A DNA stretch of 64,000 nt from Candidatus Poribacteria bacterium (GTDB lineage: Bacteria > Poribacteria > WGA-4E > WGA-3G): assembly GCA_965202725.1 (NCBI GenBank), contig OZ241845.1, positions 665,437-729,436 of the forward strand, in the 5' to 3' direction. Of this stretch, positions 10,750 through 20,467 are shown in pieces (positions within the stretch are counted from its first letter, which is position 1; each line of letters begins with the position of its first letter). The translations under genes and the position numbers were made by a program. The notes under the pieces are model-generated. The model worked only from the letters and a program-made list of their open reading frames with translations. It made no database searches and was not told where the DNA came from.

Positions 10750-12888
10750 ATGAACGCTATAAAAGAAGCACACTATAACCTCGGTATCGCTTATTTGGAA
10801 GCCGGGCAATACGACAGAGCTATCCCTGAATTTGAAGCTGCCATAAAACTGGACGCGGATTTTATAGGGGCACACTGCGCACTCTGCCGCGCTTACCTTG
10901 AACAAGGCGAACTAGAGAAGGCCAGTCGTGCGGTCACAACAGCACTGAAACTCGATACTACACACCAACCGGCGTTACTGCTCCGTGGCACTATAACGGA
11001 AGCCTACCACGACCAAGGCAAAGCGGCCTTAAACGATAAACGCTACACTGAAGCGGTTGCAGCGTTTCAGCAAGCAATAACGCTTGACGCGGATTTAAAG
11101 GGGAACCCGCAGAAATCCCCGTTGGAAAACACACATATCCATGCCCATTTGGGGGCTGCCTACATCGGCATGAAGGCATACCCAAACGCTATTGATGCAT
11201 TGCAAAACGCCATTGCCCTTGATCCAGATCTCGTTGACGCGCATTATAACCTCGGGCGTGCCTACATTGAACAGAGGCACTTTGACAAAGCAATTCCCCA
11301 CCTGGAACGGGCCATAGCGATTTCTCCAAATCTCAAAGGCGCACACTATAACCTCGCACGGGCCCACCGAGCATCGGGTAATTGGGAAGCGGCAACACAC
11401 GCTGTCACGGAAACATTAAGGATTGATCCGAGTCATCAACCTGCCCACGAACTCGCGAACATAATAAAGCACACGCATTACAATAGAGGTATCACTTACC
11501 TCAACGATGAACGCTATAGTGAAGCTGTCACAGCTTTCCAAAATGCGATAACGCTTGATTCGGACTTCACAACTGCACACTACAACTTAGGATTGACTTT
11601 TCTTAAGATGGAGGCGTATCCTCGCGCTGTAGACGCACTTCGGAAAACGGTAACGTTGGATCCGGCGCATGTAGCCGCACACCACGCACTCGCACTCGCT
11701 TACCTCGGACAACAGGAGCTCGGAAAAGCGAGAGATACGGCAACAGCAGCATTAAAACTGGATGCCGACTATCAACCCATCATTTCCCTTTTGGAAGCGA
11801 TTGATCCAAGCTTCACGCGAACAGAAGAACAGCAGGATACACAGTCAGAACCGGATTCACCCACAGGCGCACAACAGAGGACAACACCGAGACAGGAGAC
11901 GCACTATGAACTCGGTATTGTTTATCAAGACGCGAAAATGTACACCGAAGCGATTGCGGAATTCCAGAAGGCAATAGATTTCGACCCGAACTTTGTAGCG
12001 GCGTATAAGCGTTTAGGGGCGGTCTATCTCGAAACAGGGCGACTTGATGAAGCGGAAAATGCAGCGAAGGCGGCGTTAAAGATTGACGGGAATTCTCAAA
12101 CTGCCCATCAACTTTTAGAGGCTATCAAACAGGCACGCCCTACGCAGAATCCAGCTAAATCCCCTGAACAAACAACTGCTCTCGATATACCTGATGCGAA
12201 AAAGCACTACGAGCGCGGAGAAGCGTTCTTGAATAACAAGCAGTATAACGAAGCTGCGGCGGCGTTCAAAAGGGTGATAAAAGTAGATCCGAATTTTGCA
12301 GACGCACACTGTGGTTTGGGGATCGCTTATCTGGAAATGGGTGCACTCGATGACGCAAAAACAGCTGTGGAAGAAGCGTCTCGCCTCAAAGCCAATCGTC
12401 AACTCGTCCACGAACTTCTCACAGCAATAAAGCATGCCGAAACGCGTTTACGCAAACGAGAAAGATGGAAAAAAAGGCTTGCCTATGCTGTTGTCTTAGG
12501 TATTACCGCAATATTAGTTTTTGTTTTTTGGCCGAAAGGTCCGAAACCGCTGAATCCAGATTTGTCAATAGCAGCCTCCTTAAGTGCCCCTTATCTTTTA
12601 GCAGGTAAAACAGAAACCCTCATATTGACAATCAAAAACAGGGGAGGCACAGCACAGAATATCAAAATCAGGCTTCAACCGAAAGATAAAACAGGATTAA
12701 ACTATGAACTTCCTGCCCCTATTCCGATAATGGGTGAAAGTGGTGCAGAGAGGATTAAAATCCCCATTACAGGAAATAAAAATATAAGAACTCGAAAAGA
12801 AACCCTCAAAATTGAATTGGCCACGGATGATAGGATAGAGCCAGTAACCTACATTTTTGATCTTCAAATTTTCGGTACAGAACGATAG
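10750..12888 (+). CDS. tetratricopeptide-repeat protein with a TM helix near the C-terminus and a ~150-aa C-terminal domain
   Basis: More than 10 TPR units (recurrent AHYNLG...A...L.LDP). A hydrophobic segment LAYAVVLGITAILVFVFW follows. Confidence 0.8.
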   Translation: MNAIKEAHYNLGIAYLEAGQYDRAIPEFEAAIKLDADFIGAHCALCRAYLEQGELEKASRAVTTALKLDTTHQPALLLRGTITEAYHDQGKAALNDKRYTEAVAAFQQAITLDADLKGNPQKSPLENTHIHAHLGAAYIGMKAYPNAIDALQNAIALDPDLVDAHYNLGRAYIEQRHFDKAIPHLERAIAISPNLKGAHYNLARAHRASGNWEAATHAVTETLRIDPSHQPAHELANIIKHTHYNRGITYLNDERYSEAVTAFQNAITLDSDFTTAHYNLGLTFLKMEAYPRAVDALRKTVTLDPAHVAAHHALALAYLGQQELGKARDTATAALKLDADYQPIISLLEAIDPSFTRTEEQQDTQSEPDSPTGAQQRTTPRQETHYELGIVYQDAKMYTEAIAEFQKAIDFDPNFVAAYKRLGAVYLETGRLDEAENAAKAALKIDGNSQTAHQLLEAIKQARPTQNPAKSPEQTTALDIPDAKKHYERGEAFLNNKQYNEAAAAFKRVIKVDPNFADAHCGLGIAYLEMGALDDAKTAVEEASRLKANRQLVHELLTAIKHAETRLRKRERWKKRLAYAVVLGITAILVFVFWPKGPKPLNPDLSIAASLSAPYLLAGKTETLILTIKNRGGTAQNIKIRLQPKDKTGLNYELPAPIPIMGESGAERIKIPITGNKNIRTRKETLKIELATDDRIEPVTYIFDLQIFGTER

Positions 12889-12906
12889 AAGGAAACGGAG
12901 ATAGCA

Positions 12907-14991
12907 ATGAACAGCAGAATATGGGGAATTATCGGCGGAGTCGCTTTGGTGCTTGCGCTCTTATCCCCACTCTTATTAGGAAATGCTAACAAGATTAAGC
13001 AACTTTTTGAAGAGGCTGAAGTGCTGTACGCACAGGAGAACTATGACGGCGCACTCATAAAATATAGGGAAGCACTCAAGGAATCAAAAAAATTAGGTGC
13101 GAATACTGAAAGGATTGATGCAGATTTTACCACACTTGTCAACCTCAAAATCGCTTGGTGTTATTACGAGCTCAGTGAGAGAACCAGCGATGTCAGACAT
13201 AACCAAAACGCACTGACACATATCAAAGTGGATGCGTCAGATACACAAGTCCCGAGATACCAGGAAGAACGCACTTACTTGTGGGCAGAAAATCTTTATA
13301 AAATCGATAACCTTAACCAAGCGACATCTAAATTCGAGCAGTTGATACAGAAATTTCCAAGGAGTCAATGGGTTCCGAAAGCATTGTGTACTTTGGCGGA
13401 AATCGCCTATCAGCAGGACAATTGTGAAAAAGCTCTGAATATCCTTCAAAAACTTGTCACTGAATTTCCAGAGTCTGAACTTATACAGAAAGCAGAACGT
13501 CGGATTGTAGAACTAAATGAAGCGTGTAATAAACTGCCGCCTCCACCTCCGTACCCCTGTGAGGAAATGTACAACACAGCGTTCGCGTTACAACAAGATG
13601 GATGTTACAACGAGGCCTACGAACGTTATAAAGATCTCATCGCACAGTATCCTGACAATGAGTATGTTGTACACGCCTATGTTGGAATAGCAGAAATCTA
13701 TCTTGAAGTAAAAGACTATGTAAATGCGCGATTAAACTACGAAGAAGCTATCTATAATACAACTGATGAGGGGGAAAAAAGAGAATTATATGCTGCATAC
13801 CATCGTACCTACCTAGTTCCCGATCCTGTCAGAGACGATAGAAGACAACGCGAATCTGATGACGACCTTTTCGTAATAGCAAGACTTCTCCGATTAGAAG
13901 AACGATGGTTAGAAGCAGCCCAAACATACGAGAAACTTACCGATAGGAATCTCCCTGTTGAAGATATGACCTACTCGCTTTATTGGGAAGGCAGATGCTA
14001 CTACGAAGCAGCCCAGAGAGATTGGACGCTATTTCGTAAATCGGTCGATGCCCTGACGACACTTACCACAGATTATGAGAATAGCGAATATGACTTCGAA
14101 TCATATTACTATTTAACGCTGGCGTATAAGAATTGGGCAAAAGTTGATGATTCCAAATGTCAGTCAGTAATTGACACGGTTGATCAAGCCGACGCAAAAT
14201 ACAAAGACAATAACGATAGTAAAGTTCAGGAATGGCTCGGTTACATGCGAAAACTTAAAGATAAGGCATCGAAAAAGTTTCATCCAGATCCACATCCACT
14301 AAAAGAAGAAGCAGAAAAGGCAATTAAACACGCAGAAACAGCAATTGCCACAGCAACGCAGGAAAATAGAGAACCTCGGATAATCCATCAAGCAAACCAA
14401 CACTTAGAATGCGCAAAGCACGAAAAAAACAAAAGCAATTACGCAGCAGCTATCGATGAGGCCAAGAAAGTTTTAGAATGTTTGAAAAGGATACCGTCTC
14501 CCCCAAATTGTCAAGATTATGTTGACGAAGGGAATGCCTACCTTGAAAACAGCGACCTTGAAGATGCCTTGAAAAAGGCAGAAGAAGCCTTAGATCTTGA
14601 CCGAAATTTCACCCCCGCCCACGAACTTAAGTCAAGAATAAAAGAAAGATACGTTGCTCGTGGCGAGTTGTTCTTTGAGGAAGAAAAATACGATGAAGCA
14701 ATTGAGGCGTTCAACACTGCGATCAATATCAACATCCCCGTCAAATTTAAAGAGCCACACAACTATTTGGGAATAATTTATATTCGACAGGAAAAATACC
14801 GTGAGGCAATAGATTCCTTTTCAAAAGCAATAAGGATTGACGCAAATTTTAAGGAGGCATACTTTAATCGAGCCCTTGTCCACTTAGAACTTGGAGATTT
14901 TGAAGAGGCAATAGTCAATGCCGAAGATGCTTTAAGAATCGATCCAAACTACGAACCAGCACGCACGCTTATAGCGTTCATAACCGATTAG
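12907..14991 (+). CDS. TPR-domain protein with N-terminal signal anchor
   Basis: N-terminal hydrophobic segment. C-terminal TPR units (EAIEAFNTAI..., AIDSFSKAIRID..., AIVNAEDALRIDPNYEPA). Confidence 0.7.
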   Translation: MNSRIWGIIGGVALVLALLSPLLLGNANKIKQLFEEAEVLYAQENYDGALIKYREALKESKKLGANTERIDADFTTLVNLKIAWCYYELSERTSDVRHNQNALTHIKVDASDTQVPRYQEERTYLWAENLYKIDNLNQATSKFEQLIQKFPRSQWVPKALCTLAEIAYQQDNCEKALNILQKLVTEFPESELIQKAERRIVELNEACNKLPPPPPYPCEEMYNTAFALQQDGCYNEAYERYKDLIAQYPDNEYVVHAYVGIAEIYLEVKDYVNARLNYEEAIYNTTDEGEKRELYAAYHRTYLVPDPVRDDRRQRESDDDLFVIARLLRLEERWLEAAQTYEKLTDRNLPVEDMTYSLYWEGRCYYEAAQRDWTLFRKSVDALTTLTTDYENSEYDFESYYYLTLAYKNWAKVDDSKCQSVIDTVDQADAKYKDNNDSKVQEWLGYMRKLKDKASKKFHPDPHPLKEEAEKAIKHAETAIATATQENREPRIIHQANQHLECAKHEKNKSNYAAAIDEAKKVLECLKRIPSPPNCQDYVDEGNAYLENSDLEDALKKAEEALDLDRNFTPAHELKSRIKERYVARGELFFEEEKYDEAIEAFNTAININIPVKFKEPHNYLGIIYIRQEKYREAIDSFSKAIRIDANFKEAYFNRALVHLELGDFEEAIVNAEDALRIDPNYEPARTLIAFITD

Positions 14992-15321
14992 CTTTGATCA
15001 CAAGGATCAGAGGTGTCCATACCGACACAACTGCCCCTGCCAATTCCTTGACTCAGTTTCTGAAATTGTGTTATAATTCTGAGACTTGAAAATATCTGTC
15101 CATTTTCTTTATTTTAAAATCTGTTTGGAAAAGATAGGACTTACGCAGCGATGCAATAAATCGCACTCCTACAAACAGATGCACCTTTCAAGGAGGTGTG
15201 TTTTTCAAAAGCAGGCCGGTTGGTAGTCGCGCAATTCGCTGGACATTTCGTAAGCCCTGAAGGATTTATGCCTAGCTCGAAAACGAGGCGGCTGATTAAA
15301 AAATGGAAGGAGCTGAACGCT

Positions 15322-17109
15322 ATGAAAAAAATTTATGTATCATCTGTTGTTTTTCTATTAATCGCGAATCTATTTCTCCCAAACGTCTTTGCCCAAGACT
15401 ACACCCAATGGCATCTACCCCCATGCGCCATAGCTCGTTACGGCAAAGGTTGGGTCCAGGATATAAAATTTTCCCCTTTCGGCAGTCAGTTAGCCGTCGC
15501 TACTACGATAGGTATTTGGGTTTATGAGGTTCGGACGGGTAGGGAACAGACTCTCTTTTTAGGCGTTATGGGGGGAGCGAATGCTGTAGCATATTCGCCT
15601 GGCGGTGCCATACTCGCAGCTGCACATTGGGACCAAACGGTGAGGTTATGGGATGTTAACGGCAGCAGCCAACGGCCCTTATCTACTTTCCCGGGACATA
15701 CAGATACGATCCACACTGTTTCGTTTTCAACAGATGGCAGCATGATCGCCAGCGGAAGTTCTGATAACACCATTCGAGTCTGGAACGTGGACACTGAAGA
15801 ACTTATGGCAATTTTGCCATATCGGGACGCTATCAACACAATAGATTTCTCTCCAGACAGTCGAATGATAGCTGGTGGAAGTAAAGATGGGACAATCCAA
15901 GTCTGGGATGCAGGAACCGGAGATCGCATCTATGAATTTGAAGGACATACAGATTCAGTTTGGAAGATTGACTTCTCGCCGAACGGTAGAATTCTCATCA
16001 GCGCAAGCCTTGATGGGACAGTTCAACTCTGGGATCTCGTGGCACCAGGAGGGAGAATCGACGAGTCCAATGCATATAATATGCCTATTTACACAGTGAA
16101 TTTTTCACAGGATGGCAGCAGCTTTGCAACTAGTGGTGCCGACAACGAAATTCGAATCTGGAACACGAATACTCGCCAACTCATATCAACGCTTGCCGGA
16201 CACAATGACGTAGTCCCGACAGTTGCATTATCACCAGACGGTACAACCCTTGCAAGTGGCAGTTTAGACGGAACAGTTCGCTTGTGGAATATGAGACTTT
16301 TCCAAGAACGGTTAGCAATCAAAGCGCATACCGGTGGAATCAAAGCGTTGACATATACAGAGGATTCGCGACTCCTTGCATGTGGTACTGGGTTTATTGA
16401 TGACAAACTTCGGTTGTGGGACGCAAGTACAGGTAAACAACTCTCCAAACTCCGAGACCACAAAGGATTAACAGAGACAGTCGCTTTGTCAAAAAATGGG
16501 AAAACGCTTGCCAGTGCTGGTAGCGAAAATGGAACCATTTTCATATCAGACCTCTCGATATCAGGAGAAGATACCCTACAAACAACACTAACAGGAAATA
16601 CACTCGGTATTACCGCGCTGGCACTTTCTCCCGCAGAAACCATACTTGCCAGTGGAGGCAGAGATGGCAGAATTTATCTCTTGGATGTTCAAAACAGAAC
16701 AGAGCTGCAAATACTCAGAGGGGCTCAGAGTAGTATTACTGCGTTAACGTTTGTCTTTGACGGCAACCACCTTTTCAGCGGCGAGGAAAATAGAATGATT
16801 CGGCGTTGGAATTCTACCGGTCAAGAAGTGTGGAGTAGCCGCGAAGAACTCATAGCGTCAATTACCGCCTTGGCCTTTTCGCAGAACGCTGACTTTCTTG
16901 CAATCGGGGATAAAGCGGGGCAAATGTGCTTATTCGATTTTAGAGAAGATGAAACCCGTAAGATTCACATACGCACAAATCACACCCGACAGATAGCCGC
17001 CCTTATTTTTTCCTCGGATAGTAACACGCTTGTTAGCGGTAGCGAAGACGGCACTATTCTACTTTGGGATGTGAATGAAATCCTTACAGGCTGCTCAAGG
17101 AGTCGCTGA
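15322..17109 (+). CDS. secreted WD40-repeat (beta-propeller) protein
   Basis: Repeated GH...S..FSPDG...ASGS.D.T...W WD40 units. Signal peptide MKKIYVSSVVFLLIANLFLPNVFAQ starts at the internal ATG 15322, preceded by AAGGAG. The longer GTG start at 15196 lacks a properly spaced RBS. Confidence 0.8.
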   Translation: MKKIYVSSVVFLLIANLFLPNVFAQDYTQWHLPPCAIARYGKGWVQDIKFSPFGSQLAVATTIGIWVYEVRTGREQTLFLGVMGGANAVAYSPGGAILAAAHWDQTVRLWDVNGSSQRPLSTFPGHTDTIHTVSFSTDGSMIASGSSDNTIRVWNVDTEELMAILPYRDAINTIDFSPDSRMIAGGSKDGTIQVWDAGTGDRIYEFEGHTDSVWKIDFSPNGRILISASLDGTVQLWDLVAPGGRIDESNAYNMPIYTVNFSQDGSSFATSGADNEIRIWNTNTRQLISTLAGHNDVVPTVALSPDGTTLASGSLDGTVRLWNMRLFQERLAIKAHTGGIKALTYTEDSRLLACGTGFIDDKLRLWDASTGKQLSKLRDHKGLTETVALSKNGKTLASAGSENGTIFISDLSISGEDTLQTTLTGNTLGITALALSPAETILASGGRDGRIYLLDVQNRTELQILRGAQSSITALTFVFDGNHLFSGEENRMIRRWNSTGQEVWSSREELIASITALAFSQNADFLAIGDKAGQMCLFDFREDETRKIHIRTNHTRQIAALIFSSDSNTLVSGSEDGTILLWDVNEILTGCSRSR

Positions 17110-17408
17110 AAGAGCCTTAGCATCTACAGTTGCTCTCAATACATTGGATGCTATAATGGGCAGCCTGTTGGATATGGTAGCAGTTTTTTTGTTTGTCTTG
17201 GATATATTGTGACTAACTATCACGTTATTAAACAGGCAAGCAGAATCTCCTTTAAATCAGTTGATGCCGAGACAACATATTGGGTCAGGATATTGTAGCA
17301 ACATATCCAACGCATGATTTGGCTTTACTAAGGGTGTCATCTTTGTAATATACCTGTCCTCCCACTTGCTGATAGCAATTCCGTTCAAAAGCGTCGAGTT
17401 TTATTCGA

Positions 17409-18197
17409 CTACTCTTCCTTCATCACAAAGAATTTTTCCTCTTTAATCCGATCTTCGGGGAAACGCGCACGCGACCAGATCGCTTTGGTATTTTCAATCA
17501 TCTGCGGGTGTCCGCACGCATAGACGACGGCGTTTGTGTGGTCATAGCCGAGCTGATCACCGTACTTCCGAACCACATCTTCGGCACGCCCACTCTCGCC
17601 CTGCCAGTCTGGGTCCTCCCACGGACGACTCACCGTCGGAACAAAGGTGAACCATTCCTCTTGCGCGGCGAGTTCATTGAGTTCATCCATGTAATATCCA
17701 AGCTCCCACGAACGGCTCGCGCCGACGATTGCAAGGAGCTGGTGCGGATTCGCTTTGCCCTGTTCCTGTTCTATTTTCTGCGTTCGTGCAATGCTAATAT
17801 ACGGCGCAGCCCCTGTGACAGTTCCCGCCATGACGTGACGCGTCATACCACTCTCCGTGTCCAAAACGAATCTGCCCACGAGGCGATCTCGAATAAATAC
17901 ATTGTCGCCCAATTTCAGTTCCCAAAATAGAGGGGTTGTCGCACCTTCCGGCACCAATTCCACGAAAACCTCCATAAAGGGCTCGTGCGGTGAGGAGACG
18001 ATAGAATAGGGACGTTGGACAATCTTTTCGCCAGCTTGAAAACCGATGGTAGCGTATTGCCCGGGTATAAATGGCAACTGCTGATCAACACGGAATTTGA
18101 ACGCCGCTAAATCTTCAGAAAAGTCCTCACGTCCAATTAATTCACCTTTACAATAACGCGATCTGGAGCGTCTTCTTCCCATAATTTTTCCCTTCAA
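17409..18197 (-). CDS. ferredoxin-NADP reductase-like FAD/NAD(P)-binding oxidoreductase
   Basis: RPYSIVSSP (R-x-Y-S FAD motif), GTVTGAAPY, and YACGHPQM C-terminal NAD(P) motif. Confidence 0.65.
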   Translation of the reverse strand: MKGKIMGRRRSRSRYCKGELIGREDFSEDLAAFKFRVDQQLPFIPGQYATIGFQAGEKIVQRPYSIVSSPHEPFMEVFVELVPEGATTPLFWELKLGDNVFIRDRLVGRFVLDTESGMTRHVMAGTVTGAAPYISIARTQKIEQEQGKANPHQLLAIVGASRSWELGYYMDELNELAAQEEWFTFVPTVSRPWEDPDWQGESGRAEDVVRKYGDQLGYDHTNAVVYACGHPQMIENTKAIWSRARFPEDRIKEEKFFVMKEE

Positions 18198-18305
18198 ATT
18201 TTCTATAACAAATTTCGGTCTGTGAGTTACACCGAAAAAGAATAGCGGTTTGTTGATTACTATTTTAACGTAGTATACGCGAAACGGAAAATTAGATCAA
18301 GCCTC

Positions 18306-19745
18306 TTACATCTCTCCCAATTTCTGCTGAAGCCATTGCGTCATCGGGGCATGTCCCGGATCAGAGACCTCGATGAAATGTCCCGGTAAGGGTTGCCCGA
18401 TGAGTGCCTCAACATCGCGCCGCCGCTCCGCTACAACGGTTGGATGGTCACTCGCGACGTTCACCTTCTCCGCCGGATCGCTTCGGACATCAAAGAGTTC
18501 ATCGCCATCTTCCTCTTGATAACCGACGGCCGTACAGAAGTTCCAGTGGTTATCGCGCACGCTGACGCGTCCGCGGGCATTTCCCGTAGTAAAGCCCGCC
18601 CAACCTGTGATGATACGTTCACGAAGGAATGCTTTCTCTTGCGTAACGAGTTGCCACATATCCTCACCATCTGTCCAATGACATGGAATATCGAGCAAAC
18701 TAAGGAGTGTCGGCAGCAGGTCGTGGTTCTGTACAAATGCCGAAATGTCTGTGTCATTCGGTCCATTTGGGTGCCGCATCATCAGGTTCAGTTGCGTATT
18801 GAACGGATGCAGTTTGTTCGGCCCTTTCCCGAATCTCCCGTGGTCGCGGAGCTGTGTGCCGTGATCGGACATCAAGACGACCAACGTCTCGTCACGGATA
18901 CTCAGCTGCTCTATCTTCTCAAGGAGAACGCCGACCCATTTATCGACGAACGTCACTTCACCAAGGTAGAGTGCCTCAATACGACGGTGTTCATCTTCTT
19001 CCGTGGGAGCGTTTCCTTCGTTTGCATTCCCCGGTGTAATGAAGTCTTTCCCAGAATAGTCTGGAAAATAGCGGTCCGCATAAGATTTCGGTGGATCCCA
19101 CGGCTCATGTGGATCGAAACTATCAATCCATAAGAAGAAGGGCCCGACGGTATGATTATCTTCAAGCCAGTCAGCTGCGGCACGGAAAACACGAGCACAA
19201 CTGTAGTCATCTTCTGACTGTCGATGGCGCTGCGCCAACAAGTAGTTGACAAGCCCAGCATGGCGTTGCCAATTGATGGGTTCGCGGACATGCTTGCGGA
19301 GTTGCGCCTCAATCAGTCTCGGATCGCCGCTGTGCCAGTTATCCGACTCCTGTCCACGGATGAAATCGAAGTGTGCGAATCCGCGCGAGAAGTTCATTGT
19401 CGGCTTGAACATATGATAGGTATCAGCAATGAGTGCGGTCAAGTAACCGCGTTCAAGCAGAATCTCAGCAATGGTATCCTGTTCAGGGGGAATCTTATGC
19501 CACCCGGGTGCGTGGTGCCAATGCCCGCGTCGATCGAAGTTATATCTCCACGGGAAACTCCGCATCCCCGTAAAGTTTGCGCGCCGCACTTGCAAGGTCG
19601 GTTGCCCCTCGCCATAAGCGCTTGTGAAACGGACACTCTCCGATGCCAAGGCATCCAGGTTTGGTGTCTGCACATGGCTATACTTCTTACCTTCACCAAT
19701 GATGTCTGCACGAAACGTGTCCAAACAGATACAGACTATATTCAT
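18306..19745 (-). CDS. sulfatase-family (alkaline phosphatase superfamily) protein with non-canonical active-site motif
   Basis: N-terminal ICLDTFRADIIG and TPNLDALA sulfatase-like core. At the nucleophile position it has TLQVRRANFTG (T-x-Q-x-R) instead of C/S-x-P-x-R. Confidence 0.65.
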   Translation of the reverse strand: MNIVCICLDTFRADIIGEGKKYSHVQTPNLDALASESVRFTSAYGEGQPTLQVRRANFTGMRSFPWRYNFDRRGHWHHAPGWHKIPPEQDTIAEILLERGYLTALIADTYHMFKPTMNFSRGFAHFDFIRGQESDNWHSGDPRLIEAQLRKHVREPINWQRHAGLVNYLLAQRHRQSEDDYSCARVFRAAADWLEDNHTVGPFFLWIDSFDPHEPWDPPKSYADRYFPDYSGKDFITPGNANEGNAPTEEDEHRRIEALYLGEVTFVDKWVGVLLEKIEQLSIRDETLVVLMSDHGTQLRDHGRFGKGPNKLHPFNTQLNLMMRHPNGPNDTDISAFVQNHDLLPTLLSLLDIPCHWTDGEDMWQLVTQEKAFLRERIITGWAGFTTGNARGRVSVRDNHWNFCTAVGYQEEDGDELFDVRSDPAEKVNVASDHPTVVAERRRDVEALIGQPLPGHFIEVSDPGHAPMTQWLQQKLGEM

Positions 19746-19749
19746 AATA

Positions 19750-20463
19750 TTATGCCTCTTTTATCTCCTCAAGGATCATTTCAGCCGCCTCCAACGGAGC
19801 ATCCGCTTCAATAATGGGTCTACCGACGACAATATAATCCGCTCCGCGACGGATCGCCTCTGCGGGTGTAGTAATGCGACGCTGGTCGCCAGTCGATGCC
19901 CATGTCGGACGGATACCGGGTGTGACGATCACAAAATGATCACCACATGCTTTGCGTATGGGTTCGATTTCTAATGGCGATGCGACAACGCCACTTAATC
20001 CTGCATCTTGCGCCAATTGGGCGAGATAGACGACCTGTTTTGTAAGTCCCCGTTCTGACCCGAAATTATGTTGAAAATCAGTTTCAACAATGCTCGTTAG
20101 AACCGTTACACCGAGCAGAATTGGCGTTGGCATATCGTTTTCGGCAGCGGCGTTCTCTGCACTTTCCTTTGCTGCGCGCATCATCTCAAAGCCACCCGCG
20201 GCGTGCATGTTAATCATGTGTCCGCCGTGTTTGGTCATTGTACCGACATCGCGTGCGACTGTATTCGGGATGTCGTGAAATTTCAGGTCAACGAAGACTT
20301 TATGTCCATTCTGTTTAAACCATGGAAAAGTCTCCATTCCAAGTGCACTGAATGCCTGAAAGCCCATTTTAAACCAACTGACTGTATTCATAAGCGTGCC
20401 GAATAGCCAGTCAATGTTTTCACCATCGTCCGTATCCAATGCGACGATCAATCTGTCTCTCAA
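19750..20463 (-). CDS. pyrF: orotidine 5'-phosphate decarboxylase
   Basis: LIVALD, DLKFHDIPNT, GVTVLTS and VTPGIRP motifs. Confidence 0.9.
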   Translation of the reverse strand: MRDRLIVALDTDDGENIDWLFGTLMNTVSWFKMGFQAFSALGMETFPWFKQNGHKVFVDLKFHDIPNTVARDVGTMTKHGGHMINMHAAGGFEMMRAAKESAENAAAENDMPTPILLGVTVLTSIVETDFQHNFGSERGLTKQVVYLAQLAQDAGLSGVVASPLEIEPIRKACGDHFVIVTPGIRPTWASTGDQRRITTPAEAIRRGADYIVVGRPIIEADAPLEAAEMILEEIKEA

Positions 20464-20467
20464 TTTT

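Noticed and set aside
15196-15321. Longer GTG-initiated N-terminal extension of the WD40 gene
   Set aside because: No correctly spaced RBS. The internal ATG at 15322 has an AAGGAG RBS and begins a canonical signal peptide, so the extension is probably untranslated.
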